A program made the translations under genes and the position numbers. The notes beneath the pieces are model-generated. The model saw only the letters and a list, made by a program, of their open reading frames with translations, was not told where the DNA came from and searched no databases. Shown piece after piece: positions 34,725 through 44,964 of a DNA stretch of 64,000 nucleotides (its first letter is position 1; every line of letters starts with the position of its first letter). This DNA comes from an uncultured Bacteroidales bacterium (GTDB lineage Bacteria > Bacteroidota > Bacteroidia > Bacteroidales > FEN-979), in the NCBI GenBank assembly GCA_903929315.1, contig CAIYUC010000066.1, positions 10,523 through 74,522 on the forward strand. Direction: 5' to 3'.

Positions 34725-35741
34725 ATGACAATGAAAATCACTTTATTATTTATTATAGCTTCATATTTATTGTTATTTGAAGCTTCGGCAATGGGTTGGA
34801 CCCGGAGCAGCGATACGTTGCTGTTGTATTATTTCCCGCTTCAGTGCGATAGCCTGATCCAGGCTAATGCAACAAACCCGGATTTTGTTGTGATGGATGT
34901 GCGTACATCGAATGAATACAATCCTGATCATCTGGAAGGGGCCATAAACAGGGATTATAATTCACCGGACTTTAACGACCGTATCGATTCGCTTCCCAGC
35001 AATAAGATGTATCTGCTCTATTGTTCAGGGGGGTCAAGAAGCATGAATACCTTTAACCTGATGATTTCGATGGGCTTTACCAAACTGGTGGATATGCTGG
35101 GCGGTATCTATGCATGGGAAAATGAGTCTCTTCCCACTACTCCCGATTTTGCTCCCTTGCAGATGGCTGTATCCGATACAGTAGTCTCCAATGATACAGT
35201 GTATACAGGAATGGTGGATACAATTCACCTGACGGTAACCAACAGGGCGAATGATATCCTCCGTTTCACAGGCATAACGTCCCTGGCAGGAACTGAATTC
35301 AGCACTGATTTCGATTTGGCTACAACCCTGGAAGGACCTTTTGACTATACATTTTCCGTTTATTATACCCCGGTTGATGACCAGCCTGATTCGGTCATTA
35401 TTTTACTTGAAAGCAATGGTGGCGATATTCGGTTTCACATCTGGAGAACAGGTGAATTCCCGGCCTCAGTAAGTAACAATCTGCAGGATGTTCAATGGAT
35501 GATATACCCCAATCCTTTTTCTGCCTCAGCAACATTAGCATATGAAATACCCGCAGAGGTCAGGGTCGAGTTGATTGTATACAACCAATTTGGACAGATT
35601 GTCGATGAGATTGTTCAGCAAAACGTACAGAAAGGAAGGAACCGATTGACCTGGGATGCAGAAGGACTGCCTTCAGGTGTCTACTTCTGCCGGTTCATTG
35701 CAGGAAACCAGGTTGCAACGGGTAAGATTGTAAAATTGTAA
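34725..35741 (+). CDS. Rhodanese-domain protein with T9SS C-terminal domain
   Basis: Rhodanese motifs are VVMDVRTSNEYNPDHLEGAIN and the active-site loop LLYCSGGSRS. C-terminus is YPNPFSASATLAY...GVYFCRF. An alternative start lies at 34731. Confidence 0.85.
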   Translation: MTMKITLLFIIASYLLLFEASAMGWTRSSDTLLLYYFPLQCDSLIQANATNPDFVVMDVRTSNEYNPDHLEGAINRDYNSPDFNDRIDSLPSNKMYLLYCSGGSRSMNTFNLMISMGFTKLVDMLGGIYAWENESLPTTPDFAPLQMAVSDTVVSNDTVYTGMVDTIHLTVTNRANDILRFTGITSLAGTEFSTDFDLATTLEGPFDYTFSVYYTPVDDQPDSVIILLESNGGDIRFHIWRTGEFPASVSNNLQDVQWMIYPNPFSASATLAYEIPAEVRVELIVYNQFGQIVDEIVQQNVQKGRNRLTWDAEGLPSGVYFCRFIAGNQVATGKIVKL

Positions 35742-35759
35742 ATAGAAAAGAATAACGAA

Positions 35760-35877
35760 CATTGATTAACGATTTTTGAAATTTGAACTAAAGTTAGAAG
35801 TTGATCTGATTTATTGACTTAAATATGATAAAAACTTAATTCTTAATTCAAAATTCGTTGATCGATATTCGATATTC
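35760..35877. repeat. Heptanucleotide-periodic arrays in a convergent intergenic gap
   Basis: 35836-35877 reads ttaattc ttaattc aaaattc gttgatc gatattc gatattc. 35776-35788 ttgaaatttgaac and 35853-35863 attcgttgatc also occur (direct and inverted respectively) at 24997-25021. Confidence 0.7.
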
Positions 35878-35880
35878 AAC

Positions 35881-38800
35881 CTAGTCTTTTAAGCATCTAA
35901 CCGAAAAAGCATTACTCCTAAATGCTGGATAAACCGATACACTCGGATCCGTATCGTTCATGCCATGAACCCATGCCTTGTTAATTCCATGTGACGTCGA
36001 TGACCAGAAGAATGTCGCAAATCCCTGGAAATCCAATGTTTTGTTGAAGTGTCCTGCCCCTGAAAGAAGGGCATTAAATCCTGAGAATCCTGAATACTTA
36101 AGAGGACTTCCTGCAAAAGCATTGTTGATATAGTTTGTAAACAGGATATTCCAATCTGCTTCCGTCGGGACGTGCCATCCCGGTGGACAAAATCCCTGGT
36201 TGGAAATGGTCTCATCGTACTGCATGAGTTCGTCCCATTGGTAGTTCGCAGTCTGCAGTTCGCAGTTCGCAGTCAGGTCATTGTAGCAGTATTTTTCGGG
36301 TATACAATTATCTCTTTGACTTGAGTTACCAGGGATCATAGTGCCGTAATTTAAATTTGCTGCCATCCAGCATTGGGAGCCTATGTGGACTGTTGGATAA
36401 GTTTTATTATCGCGAATATCCGTAACCAGATTGCCACATATGAAAGGAGCAGGGCTGATGGTGATCAGTGATCGGTGATCAGTGACTGTACATAGTGCAG
36501 CATTTGTATAAGAGTAATTTATCTGGTGAGTTCCAACACCGGCTACAGCGGGGTAAAAAATACCGTTTGTAACACCCGGACCAGAGTATGTTCCGCCAAG
36601 AGGGATTCCACCTTTCAGTTTGAAGGGTTTGGCATTGGTCGTGGTGATGGTATCAAAGCAAGCTGTGAAGCTGACTGCGGGTGATGAAACGACATTCATC
36701 GAAATTGTATTGGAAGTTGCCGGGTTTCCAATCGGGCATGCAATGCTTGAAGTGAGGATGCATAAGATCTGGTCACCGGAAACCGGATTATATGTATACG
36801 TGGATGAATTTGTCCCGGCAATTACACCATTGACCTTCCATTGGTAAAATGGTGTAGTGCCACCATTTATGGTGGCACTACTGTATGTTACCGATATCCC
36901 TGAACAGACCGGGTTTGCAGATGCCGTAATATTTATACTGACGGGAAGATTCGGGTTGACGGTCATCGTGATCTGATTCGAGGTTGCAGGGTTCCCGGTA
37001 GGACAGATTACATCGGAGGTAACCACACAGACAATATGATCACCTGTCAGTGGAACATAACTGTAAGAATTTGCGCTGCCCCCCACATTAATTCCGTTAA
37101 CTTTCCACTGGTAAGATGGATTTGTTCCGCCGTTGATTGTACTTGCAAGGAACGTCACGGACGTTCCCGTACAGATCGGATTTGCTGATGGTGAAATGGT
37201 AATACTGACAGGGTTTAATGGGTTGACAACCATTTGTATGGTATTTGAGGTAGCCGGGTTATTTGAGATGCATACCATAATTGATGAAGTTAAGATACAG
37301 GATACCAGATCGCCCGATATAGGATTATAAGTGTAGCTTGGACTATTTGTTCCAACATTATTCCCGTTTACTCTCCATTGGTATGCGGGTGAAGAACCAC
37401 CATTTGTTGGGGTTGCGGTAAAAGTGACCGATGTTCCTGAACAAACGTTATTTGTCGAAACAGAAATTGAAATTTTTACCGAATCTCCCGGAGTTACGGT
37501 GACCGGGAAATCAACCGCACTACCAACACAATTCCCGGCCTCCGGAGTTATATAATAAGTCACTATACCAGGGGCTGAACCGGCATTGATCAGGATTTGA
37601 TTAATGACAAGGCCTGAATCCGGGCTGAAACCGGTTATGGTTCCTGAAGAAAGAGTGGCAGTCCAGTGATAGTCGGTACCCGGAAGGTTTGATGTTAAGA
37701 TTATATTTGTTGATTCACCCGAGCATATTGATTTTGAAAGAGGGTTGTTTGTAACGGAGGGAGGCGCTGTTGTTGTAAGTTGCACTGTATCGGATCCTGT
37801 ACAGCCTAAGGTATCAGTTCTAATGACCTGGTAGATGCCGACCTGACTGGTAGTGAAAGTTTGGTTTGTTCCGACAGTTTGACTTGTCGTTAAATCGGTC
37901 CATTGAAAGAGGCAACCTGAACACACCCCGGCGTCAAATGTGGTACTATCACCAATACAGATCATTCTGTCAGGACCAAGATTTGGCTTAAGCGAAGAGA
38001 CTATATGTATCATCTGCCAGGAAGTATCTGTCCGGTTGTCGTTATGCCTGACAAATAATTCCACTGTATAGATGCCGGTGTCGGCATAAATATGGGTAGG
38101 AGCATGAAGATTTGAATAATTGTTAAATCCGGAAGAAGGATTCCCGAAATCCCAGTGAATGCTGTCGGGCGGAGGCCAGATATCCGGGATAAATTGAATA
38201 CTGTCCCCGACACATATCCCGGAATGATGGATATATACCTTGTACCGCTGAACAAACTGGGGCAATCCGTCGGTATGATTCGGAGGGGGTCCCAGGTAAA
38301 AGCCTGCCCTCTGGAATCCGCATCCGGGCCCTTTTATGGAAGGGAAATTTATGACCCACAGTGAATCGAGTACATCATGACTACCATAAATCTTCCAGTC
38401 CGGTCCCATCTGGATAGCTGCATGGGATATAAGTGTTCCTATTTTTACTGAGCTTGCATTGAATGCTGTCGGATCGGTGAGTGTAGCATCAAACTGGTAA
38501 ACGCGGAAAGGGAATTGTGAGGTCAGGTAAAAAAGTTTTGAATCGGTTGACAGTTCCATCTGTGTGCACATCCCGATAAGGGTACCATTACATTTTGGAT
38601 GTATCTTGAACCCGGGAGTAACCTGGCCTGTTTCTCCGTTGAACTGGCAAACCTCAAGAGTATCGCCTATATACAGGCAGTATAATTTTGTACCGTCGGG
38701 CGAGAATTTCAATTCCTGGTTGATAGGCATCCAGGGAGAACCGGTAGTCGGAATAGTGACAAGACTTGGTGATAAAACCGGTACTGGATTCAATCCTGCC

Positions 38801-39393
38801 TGGGTGATGTGGTATGCAGCGTAATAATTACTGTCGGGATCGTCCAGCCGGAGAATGATCCAGGCATCCCGGTTGTTATGAGCTCGTGTACCTTTAACTG
38901 CATACCAGCCTTTCTGACCACCCGTCAGGGGGATATTTTTAAAGCCTGCAACAACATCCCCCAAGCCTCCGTTGAGCCTCAGATCTACTATGGAATAACT
39001 GGGGGGGTGGCAGGTGCTATATGGATTATAATAACCGCTTGTAAAAAGAAAATAAGTGCTGTCATCGTTTATTTTCTTAACTACATCTATTGTTTGAACA
39101 AAGCTTGAACCATTTCCATAAAGGCCCATCCCGTTGGGCATCTGCACATGATTCTTGTTCCAGACCCGATATCCATCGCTGTTAAAAAGGAAATTTCCTG
39201 CCGAGTCTGATACATTGATGGTTACCATGCCGCCGGGATATGTTCCGGGAAGTAAAACAGGAGATCCGGAATTAAAGGTAATACCCGTACCGTAACTAAT
39301 AAACCAGTTATTGAACTCGCCCTGTGAGAAGCCGGCCAGCGACAGGAAGGTCAAAAATGAAAACAGGAAATTACGGGTAAAACCTTTTTTCAT
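35881..39393 (-). CDS. 1170-aa surface protein: N-terminal propeller-like region, PKD domain, tandem Ig-like modules and a C-terminal FISUMP (Fibrobacter succinogenes major paralogous, TIGR02145-type) domain
   Basis: Signal peptide is MKKGFTRNFLFSFLTFLSLAGFSQ. PKD-like segment is IHWDFGN...HIYADTGIYTVELFV. Three ~89-aa modules carry NGGxxPxYQWxVNG. C-terminus is DIRDNKTYPTVHIGSQCWMAANLNY...CPPGWHVPTEADWNIL...SVRCLKD. There is no T9SS sorting domain. Confidence 0.9.
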   Translation of the reverse strand: MKKGFTRNFLFSFLTFLSLAGFSQGEFNNWFISYGTGITFNSGSPVLLPGTYPGGMVTINVSDSAGNFLFNSDGYRVWNKNHVQMPNGMGLYGNGSSFVQTIDVVKKINDDSTYFLFTSGYYNPYSTCHPPSYSIVDLRLNGGLGDVVAGFKNIPLTGGQKGWYAVKGTRAHNNRDAWIILRLDDPDSNYYAAYHITQAGLNPVPVLSPSLVTIPTTGSPWMPINQELKFSPDGTKLYCLYIGDTLEVCQFNGETGQVTPGFKIHPKCNGTLIGMCTQMELSTDSKLFYLTSQFPFRVYQFDATLTDPTAFNASSVKIGTLISHAAIQMGPDWKIYGSHDVLDSLWVINFPSIKGPGCGFQRAGFYLGPPPNHTDGLPQFVQRYKVYIHHSGICVGDSIQFIPDIWPPPDSIHWDFGNPSSGFNNYSNLHAPTHIYADTGIYTVELFVRHNDNRTDTSWQMIHIVSSLKPNLGPDRMICIGDSTTFDAGVCSGCLFQWTDLTTSQTVGTNQTFTTSQVGIYQVIRTDTLGCTGSDTVQLTTTAPPSVTNNPLSKSICSGESTNIILTSNLPGTDYHWTATLSSGTITGFSPDSGLVINQILINAGSAPGIVTYYITPEAGNCVGSAVDFPVTVTPGDSVKISISVSTNNVCSGTSVTFTATPTNGGSSPAYQWRVNGNNVGTNSPSYTYNPISGDLVSCILTSSIMVCISNNPATSNTIQMVVNPLNPVSITISPSANPICTGTSVTFLASTINGGTNPSYQWKVNGINVGGSANSYSYVPLTGDHIVCVVTSDVICPTGNPATSNQITMTVNPNLPVSINITASANPVCSGISVTYSSATINGGTTPFYQWKVNGVIAGTNSSTYTYNPVSGDQILCILTSSIACPIGNPATSNTISMNVVSSPAVSFTACFDTITTTNAKPFKLKGGIPLGGTYSGPGVTNGIFYPAVAGVGTHQINYSYTNAALCTVTDHRSLITISPAPFICGNLVTDIRDNKTYPTVHIGSQCWMAANLNYGTMIPGNSSQRDNCIPEKYCYNDLTANCELQTANYQWDELMQYDETISNQGFCPPGWHVPTEADWNILFTNYINNAFAGSPLKYSGFSGFNALLSGAGHFNKTLDFQGFATFFWSSTSHGINKAWVHGMNDTDPSVSVYPAFRSNAFSVRCLKD
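36243..36277. repeat. Heptamer array (AGTTCGC) x5 inside a CDS
   Basis: agttcgc agtctgc agttcgc agttcgc agtcagg. It is translated as TANCELQTANY within the FISUMP domain. Confidence 0.8.
36455..36489. repeat. Heptamer array (GTGATCR) x5 inside a CDS
   Basis: gctgatg gtgatca gtgatcg gtgatca gtgactg. It is translated as VTDHRSLITIS just upstream of the FISUMP domain. Confidence 0.8.
36700..37500. repeat. Three tandem ~267-270-bp coding repeats (Ig-like modules)
   Basis: The YQW-coding cca[tc]tgg landmarks fall at 36838, 37105 and 37375. The protein modules are clearly homologous. Confidence 0.75.
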
Positions 39394-39394
39394 G

Positions 39395-39453
39395 ATGTAA
39401 AATGTAAACTACTGAATAATTTTACCATTTTAAATTTTACCATTTTACATTTG
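39395..39453. repeat. AT-rich dispersed element, copy 2 (contains a 15-bp tandem aattttaccatttta x2)
   Basis: Its reverse complement atgtaaaatggtaaaatttaaaatggtaaaatt matches copies 1 and 3. Confidence 0.6.
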
Positions 39454-41103
39454 TTAATGCTGTACGATGACTTTTTGAACCGTCTGCCCGCTGCGGGTTT
39501 TAGCGATTAACAAGTAAATGCCATCAGCTAATCCCGACAAGTTAATCCTGATTTCTTTATTATCAATATGATTGATGTTTAATTGTTCTCTTCCGAAAAG
39601 ATCAGTGATCTTGATCGTATTGATTGGGAAATCGGATGAAATGCTGATATATTCGGAAGCAGGATTTGGGTCAATCTTCAAATTTCCGGAAAATTTTGAT
39701 ATATTGATTCCGACGGTATTACATCCTGCGCTAAATATCGCTGACGGATCTGATTCGCAGGTAGTAAAAACGGTGGTGATATAATAGCTTGCCATGCAAT
39801 CCAGGATATCCGTATAACTGGTATCTGTTACCGGGGCGCTGTTAACTTTAACAAAAGCAGAGCTGGCAGATGTATCTGCCTTAAATATATTGTATCCGAG
39901 AATAACGGTTGAATCAGGCGCCTCCGATTGTTTCTTCTTTGAAAGTACATCAGCGGTTACCCGGATCAGGAATATCCCGTCTTCACAAGAGGAATAATTT
40001 GCAGGCGTTACCCAATTGTTTCCTGCAAGACGGTAATCATAAAACATATATGAATTTGGTCCATTGTTATCATAGCCAAGCCAGTTTGTAACGGCAGCGA
40101 CATTGTTCCATGTCACCATTGCATAAAATGTGCCTGTGAACGGAATGTTGTTCAGATCCACTGTGACCCAGTTGCTGTCAGGCACGGCAAACGGATCAGA
40201 GGACCCGATCAGTGTCCGGGTGGAATCATATATGTCAACTGTAAGCATATCGCTTCCGTGATCCGGATTATAGAAGAACCACAGATCAGCGGAATTCAGA
40301 TAGCCAGAATAAACAGGAGACAACTTAAATTTATTTCCATATGAACCGCTCTGACCCGGCCAATAAGCATAACCTTCTTCGGCAGAACCATCGTCATAGA
40401 TGAATTGTATATTCGCCGAATTTTTACCACACACGGGTGGACTCCAGGTTAATACTGCAGTGCATGATCCGATACCGCATTGTCCCGATTCTTCGATCAA
40501 AAATTTCCTCGGGGGCTTGCATTTGCTTGTCACGGCAATATTATCTACCGACCAACCGGATATATGAGCAGAATTCTCACCAAAGGCAATAAAACGGACT
40601 TTGAATAAGCTCTTTACAACACTCAGAAGGTTGAGGTGAAAATGCTGCCAAATCCCGGCCTCACAATTGAGGATAAACATGTCAGAGTTATTAACAGTGC
40701 ACATTGTGTCCAGATTCGTTCCCATTTCTATTTCCACACGAATTTTTTCTGTTTGTGTGTACTGAACCGCTTCAAGTCTCAAATCAAAATCAAGATAAAT
40801 GTAATCACAGGTCAGTTGGGTTGCATCAAACCAGGGAGATTCCAGGATACCCGTATAATTTGTGAGCGGTGGGATCCCCATAAATTTGGCGCAAGGTGCG
40901 GGTAATCCGGAGGAAGTGAGCATGTACCAATTCCCCTGGCCGTCAGGGAATGTCCAGCTGTTTGTTGTAAAAGAAGAGGATGCCCAGTCTTCATTGAACG
41001 GGATGCTTTTGATCGTGTCGGTCAGGACACTGCAAAACGCTGCGTTGGAGGTTCCAAGAACCAGGAGCAGCGCGAAAACGGATTTTATATAAAGGTTTTT
41101 CAT
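39454..41103 (-). CDS. Secreted choice-of-anchor-J-like / Fn3-like protein with T9SS C-terminal domain (paralog A)
   Basis: Signal peptide is present. The N-terminal IPFNEDWASSSFTTNSWTF pattern is seen. C-terminus is DPNPASEYISISSDF...DGIYLLIAKT. It is collinear with 43282-44898 over its whole length. Confidence 0.8.
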   Translation of the reverse strand: MKNLYIKSVFALLLVLGTSNAAFCSVLTDTIKSIPFNEDWASSSFTTNSWTFPDGQGNWYMLTSSGLPAPCAKFMGIPPLTNYTGILESPWFDATQLTCDYIYLDFDLRLEAVQYTQTEKIRVEIEMGTNLDTMCTVNNSDMFILNCEAGIWQHFHLNLLSVVKSLFKVRFIAFGENSAHISGWSVDNIAVTSKCKPPRKFLIEESGQCGIGSCTAVLTWSPPVCGKNSANIQFIYDDGSAEEGYAYWPGQSGSYGNKFKLSPVYSGYLNSADLWFFYNPDHGSDMLTVDIYDSTRTLIGSSDPFAVPDSNWVTVDLNNIPFTGTFYAMVTWNNVAAVTNWLGYDNNGPNSYMFYDYRLAGNNWVTPANYSSCEDGIFLIRVTADVLSKKKQSEAPDSTVILGYNIFKADTSASSAFVKVNSAPVTDTSYTDILDCMASYYITTVFTTCESDPSAIFSAGCNTVGINISKFSGNLKIDPNPASEYISISSDFPINTIKITDLFGREQLNINHIDNKEIRINLSGLADGIYLLIAKTRSGQTVQKVIVQH

Positions 41104-41180
41104 AAGATGGAATATTGAAAAGGTTTATAAAGAATGATGAATATAAGGGATCATATGAAAAGGATGTGATTTTTCCGTTT

Positions 41181-43220
41181 TTATAGTTTAATTATTTTCC
41201 CCGTCAGCACTGTCTTTTCGCTAAAGAACCTGAGGAAATAAATTCCTTCCGGTAAATTGCTGATGTGAATAACCGTTCTTTCTTTATTAATTTTTTGTTG
41301 GATGTATTCCTTGCCGTTGACATCCAATACTTTCAGCCAACCCATCGGATCTGCTCCTGCCGTTTCAATCGTTATCATATCAACTGCAGGATCCGGATAC
41401 ACGATCAGTCCTGCAGTTTTTGGTGTCTCATTGATCCATACTCCTCCGTCGGTCGTTTTCAGGATTGTTCCGCCTTCCCCGACCGCATAACCATTATACG
41501 CATCTGAAAAATAAACGGAGTAGAGAGAACTGGTGGTCCCGCTGTTGCTTGTCACCCAGGTTGTCCCGGCGTCCGTCGTTTTCAGGATCTCGCCATCTTC
41601 GCCAACAACATAACCTGTGTTTGGATCGGGAAAATAAATAGAATAGAGCGAGATGGTATTTCCCAAGGGGACATGTGTCCATGTATTCCCGCCATCTGTA
41701 GTTCTTATCATTACACCACCATCCCCAACAATAAAGCCGTTATTCAGATCCGTGAAGAAAACTGACTCCCAGTATGTGTACCATGGAGGAATCACGATGG
41801 CCCAGGTGGCGCCCCCGTCGGTTGTTTTAAGAATTATTCCATTGAGACCAACCGCATACCCTGTGTTGACATCAAAAAAATAAATGTCATAGAAAGAGTA
41901 ATAGCCTGTGGGTTCTTGATATACGAGATTCCATGATGCGCCTGCGTTGGTTGTTTTATATATGGAGCTGGGCTCACCGGTTGCATAGCCGGTATTTGCC
42001 TCGGGAAAGCAAACCGATACTATGTTGTAATAGGGGTGAAATGAATTATCCCATGTAAAGCCAGCGTCGGTTGTTTTAAAAATTCCCCTGTCCCCTGCAA
42101 TGAATCCTGTCAGAGTGTCGGTAAAGCAGACTGAGTAAAAATTGCAGAAACTCACCGGTGATTGCCCTGTCCATGTTCCACCACCATCAAGGGTTTTACG
42201 GATTGTTCCGCCGGTCCCGCTAACATATGCTGTGTAAGGATCGGTTAAGTAAATGGAGAACAGGTCAGCGGTGGATCCTGAGGATAAGTTGTTCCAGGAT
42301 GTGCCTCCGTCAGAGGTCATCAGGACAGTCCCGGTATCTCCCGCAACGTAGCCCCAGGAGGTATTGTCAAAATAAACGGAATGGAGTGTCTTTGTGCCCG
42401 GTGTTTGTTGAACATTCCATGTTGACCCTCCATCCGTGGATTTGAGCGTGATCCCGTTCTCACCCACCACATAACCCGTCAATGAATCAGGAAAACAGAC
42501 AGAATAAAGACATTTTGTTGTCCCGGAACTCTGGCTACTCCAGGAAACACCGCCATTGGAGGTTTTCAGGATGATACCACTGCCACCTACCGAAAATCCT
42601 TTATAATCATCATAAAAGTAAACCGAATAAAGCGCGTTTGAAGTGCCTGATAGCTGCGAATTCCAAAGGCTTCCACCGTTTGTTGTCTTTAATATAGTTC
42701 CATCCAATCCTACTGCGTAGCCGGTGTTCGTTTCCCTGAAAAAAACGCAACGTAATGAATTTGCCGTGCCCGATGGAAGAGTACCCCATGTCAGTCCTGC
42801 ATTATTTGTTTCAAGGATGATCCCGCTGTCCCCAACAGCGTAAATTGTGTTTGGACTCGTTGAAACAGCAGAATAAAGTACTTTATCTGTTCCTGAAGTA
42901 AGGTTGTTCCATATATTTCCGCCGTTGGCGGTTCTCATTATGGTTCCACCTGCCCCTACCGCATACCCTGTATCTGCATTGAGAAAATGGATGGAATACA
43001 GATACGCGTTAGTTCCAATTGACATGTTTTTCAATGAAGACCCTTCATCCATAATTTTTAATATAGTTCCGTTCTGACCTGCTGAAAATCCTGTATTAGC
43101 AGCCGGGAAATAAACCGAACTGAGGGCGCTGGCATTCCCATTGGATAACTTGATCCAATCCTGTGACTTGGCTATCCATGGGAAGATAATCATAACCAGC
43201 AATGAGTAAATAAATTTCAT
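41181..43220 (-). CDS. Multi-repeat BNR/Ycf48-like beta-propeller protein with T9SS C-terminal domain
   Basis: Start trimmed to MKFIYSLLVMIIFPWIAKSQ at 43220. About 14 repeats of roughly 40 aa each carry [ST]x[DN]GGxxW (TTDGGATW, TNNAGLTW, STDGGSTW and others). C-terminus is YPDPAVDMITIE...GIYFLRF. Confidence 0.85.
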   Translation of the reverse strand: MKFIYSLLVMIIFPWIAKSQDWIKLSNGNASALSSVYFPAANTGFSAGQNGTILKIMDEGSSLKNMSIGTNAYLYSIHFLNADTGYAVGAGGTIMRTANGGNIWNNLTSGTDKVLYSAVSTSPNTIYAVGDSGIILETNNAGLTWGTLPSGTANSLRCVFFRETNTGYAVGLDGTILKTTNGGSLWNSQLSGTSNALYSVYFYDDYKGFSVGGSGIILKTSNGGVSWSSQSSGTTKCLYSVCFPDSLTGYVVGENGITLKSTDGGSTWNVQQTPGTKTLHSVYFDNTSWGYVAGDTGTVLMTSDGGTSWNNLSSGSTADLFSIYLTDPYTAYVSGTGGTIRKTLDGGGTWTGQSPVSFCNFYSVCFTDTLTGFIAGDRGIFKTTDAGFTWDNSFHPYYNIVSVCFPEANTGYATGEPSSIYKTTNAGASWNLVYQEPTGYYSFYDIYFFDVNTGYAVGLNGIILKTTDGGATWAIVIPPWYTYWESVFFTDLNNGFIVGDGGVMIRTTDGGNTWTHVPLGNTISLYSIYFPDPNTGYVVGEDGEILKTTDAGTTWVTSNSGTTSSLYSVYFSDAYNGYAVGEGGTILKTTDGGVWINETPKTAGLIVYPDPAVDMITIETAGADPMGWLKVLDVNGKEYIQQKINKERTVIHISNLPEGIYFLRFFSEKTVLTGKIIKL

Positions 43221-43237
43221 ATCAACTGTTTTAATAT

Positions 43238-43281
43238 GGTAAAAATATTTTGCTATTTTAGATTTTACCATTTTACATATG
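43238..43281. repeat. AT-rich dispersed element, copy 3
   Basis: ggtaaaaatattttgctattttagattttaccattttacatatg is the reverse complement of the copy 1 pattern. Confidence 0.65.
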
Positions 43282-44898
43282 TTAATGCTCAATAATGATT
43301 TTTCTGGCAGCCTGCCCATGTTCTGTCTGAACAACAACCAAATACATTCCGTTTTTCAGATCAGACAGAACGATCCGGATTTCTTTTTTATCAATATTAT
43401 TTAAGTTTAATTGTTCTCTTCCGAAAAGATCGGTGATCCTAATTGTATTAATCAGGAAATCTGATGAAATGTCGATCTTGGCTGAAACAGGGTTTGGGTC
43501 AATTTTAATTTTAACAGGTTTTGATGTTTCAGGAACTCCCAGTGGACAATCAGCTGATTTGTGAATACTTGAATCAGATTCACAGGTATTGTACTGGACT
43601 GTCACATAATAGTTCGCGGCGCAATCAATACTGTCAGTGAAGGTGGTTTCCGTTAATGGTGCATTGTTGATCTTTAAGAAATCCGTATTTCCGTATCCAT
43701 CTGACCGATATATATTATAACCCAGTAAGATTGTAGTATCCAGAGGTGTCATTTTTTTCTTATTTGTAACATTGGCATTGGCTCTCAGAAGCCAAACCAG
43801 ATTACCGCCACAATTTATAATAGGCGTAGGGAAACCGCTTCCATTATACTCCATTGCTAGCTGATATGGAGCGAGGGATCCATTCTCATCGATGCCAAGG
43901 TAGTTTGTCAAATGAGTTGTTGCGTTCCATTTCACCAATGCATAGAAAGGACCATGGAACCATAGGTTGTTGACATCTAGTGAAATCCAGGTGCTGTCAG
44001 GAGGTAAAAATGGAGCTGATGAACCAAGGAGCGTCATATTCATGTCAAAAACATCGAGTGTAAGCAGATCACTCCCGTGAGTCGGATTCGTCCAGAACCA
44101 TATATCAAAGGAAGTAAGAAATCCTTCGATATCTGGTGCAATCGGGAATTTATTTCCAAGCCACCATACCCATCCTGGGTTAATCGCCTCTCCGTTTTCG
44201 GCAGTACCATCATCATAAATAAAAGAACTATTGCTGGAGCAGTCAGGACTAAGCCATGTAAGAGTTGCAAGGCATGATGACGAGCCACACTGTCCTCCAA
44301 TTTGTACTGTCAGTTCATGGGGAGGCTTGCATTTCTTTGTTATTGCGATATTATCAACCGACCATGAAATGATATTCACAGAATTCGATCCCGATACCAG
44401 GAATTTGATACTGAAAACTTTTTTTGGCGCATAAATTAACTGTATAGTATAATGTTTCCAGCTCTGGTCGTTTGAACTGTTTTTGATAGTTTTAATAGTA
44501 TCCGCTTCCGTGTCAAGTTCAAAGACGACCTTCATGAATTCAGTTCCGGTTGTATACAAATTCTTTAGCCTTAGGTCGAAGTCCAGGTAAATATAATCGC
44601 ATGTATTTTGGGTTGCATCAAACCAGGGGGATTTTAGTTCATAGAAATAATTTGATTGTGATGGCTGGCCCGGAAATTCAGAATTCAGTGAGGAATCGCC
44701 GGAACTGCTGGTGATGGTCCAGTTTCCCTGGCCATAAGGAAAAGTCCATCCGTTGGTGAAGAAGGAACCCGATTCCCAGTTTTCAAGAAAAGGAATGGAC
44801 TTAGTGGTATCTGTAAAAACAGACGCAGATACAGGTAAAGTCTGCAATATTAAAACAATGACACTGAAAAGTGTGTATAACTTTTTCATATGGATCAT
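43282..44898 (-). CDS. Secreted choice-of-anchor-J-like / Fn3-like protein with T9SS C-terminal domain (paralog B)
   Basis: IPFLENWESGSFFTNGWTF near the N-terminus. C-terminus is DPNPVSAKIDISSDF...NGMYLVVVQT. An alternative start MKKLY lies at 44889. Confidence 0.8.
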   Translation of the reverse strand: MIHMKKLYTLFSVIVLILQTLPVSASVFTDTTKSIPFLENWESGSFFTNGWTFPYGQGNWTITSSSGDSSLNSEFPGQPSQSNYFYELKSPWFDATQNTCDYIYLDFDLRLKNLYTTGTEFMKVVFELDTEADTIKTIKNSSNDQSWKHYTIQLIYAPKKVFSIKFLVSGSNSVNIISWSVDNIAITKKCKPPHELTVQIGGQCGSSSCLATLTWLSPDCSSNSSFIYDDGTAENGEAINPGWVWWLGNKFPIAPDIEGFLTSFDIWFWTNPTHGSDLLTLDVFDMNMTLLGSSAPFLPPDSTWISLDVNNLWFHGPFYALVKWNATTHLTNYLGIDENGSLAPYQLAMEYNGSGFPTPIINCGGNLVWLLRANANVTNKKKMTPLDTTILLGYNIYRSDGYGNTDFLKINNAPLTETTFTDSIDCAANYYVTVQYNTCESDSSIHKSADCPLGVPETSKPVKIKIDPNPVSAKIDISSDFLINTIRITDLFGREQLNLNNIDKKEIRIVLSDLKNGMYLVVVQTEHGQAARKIIIEH

Positions 44899-44964
44899 AA
44901 TTAAATCACCCGTAAATATAAGGAATAAAAACAGAATCTGGTTAGGTTAGCCGGAATTTTTTTC

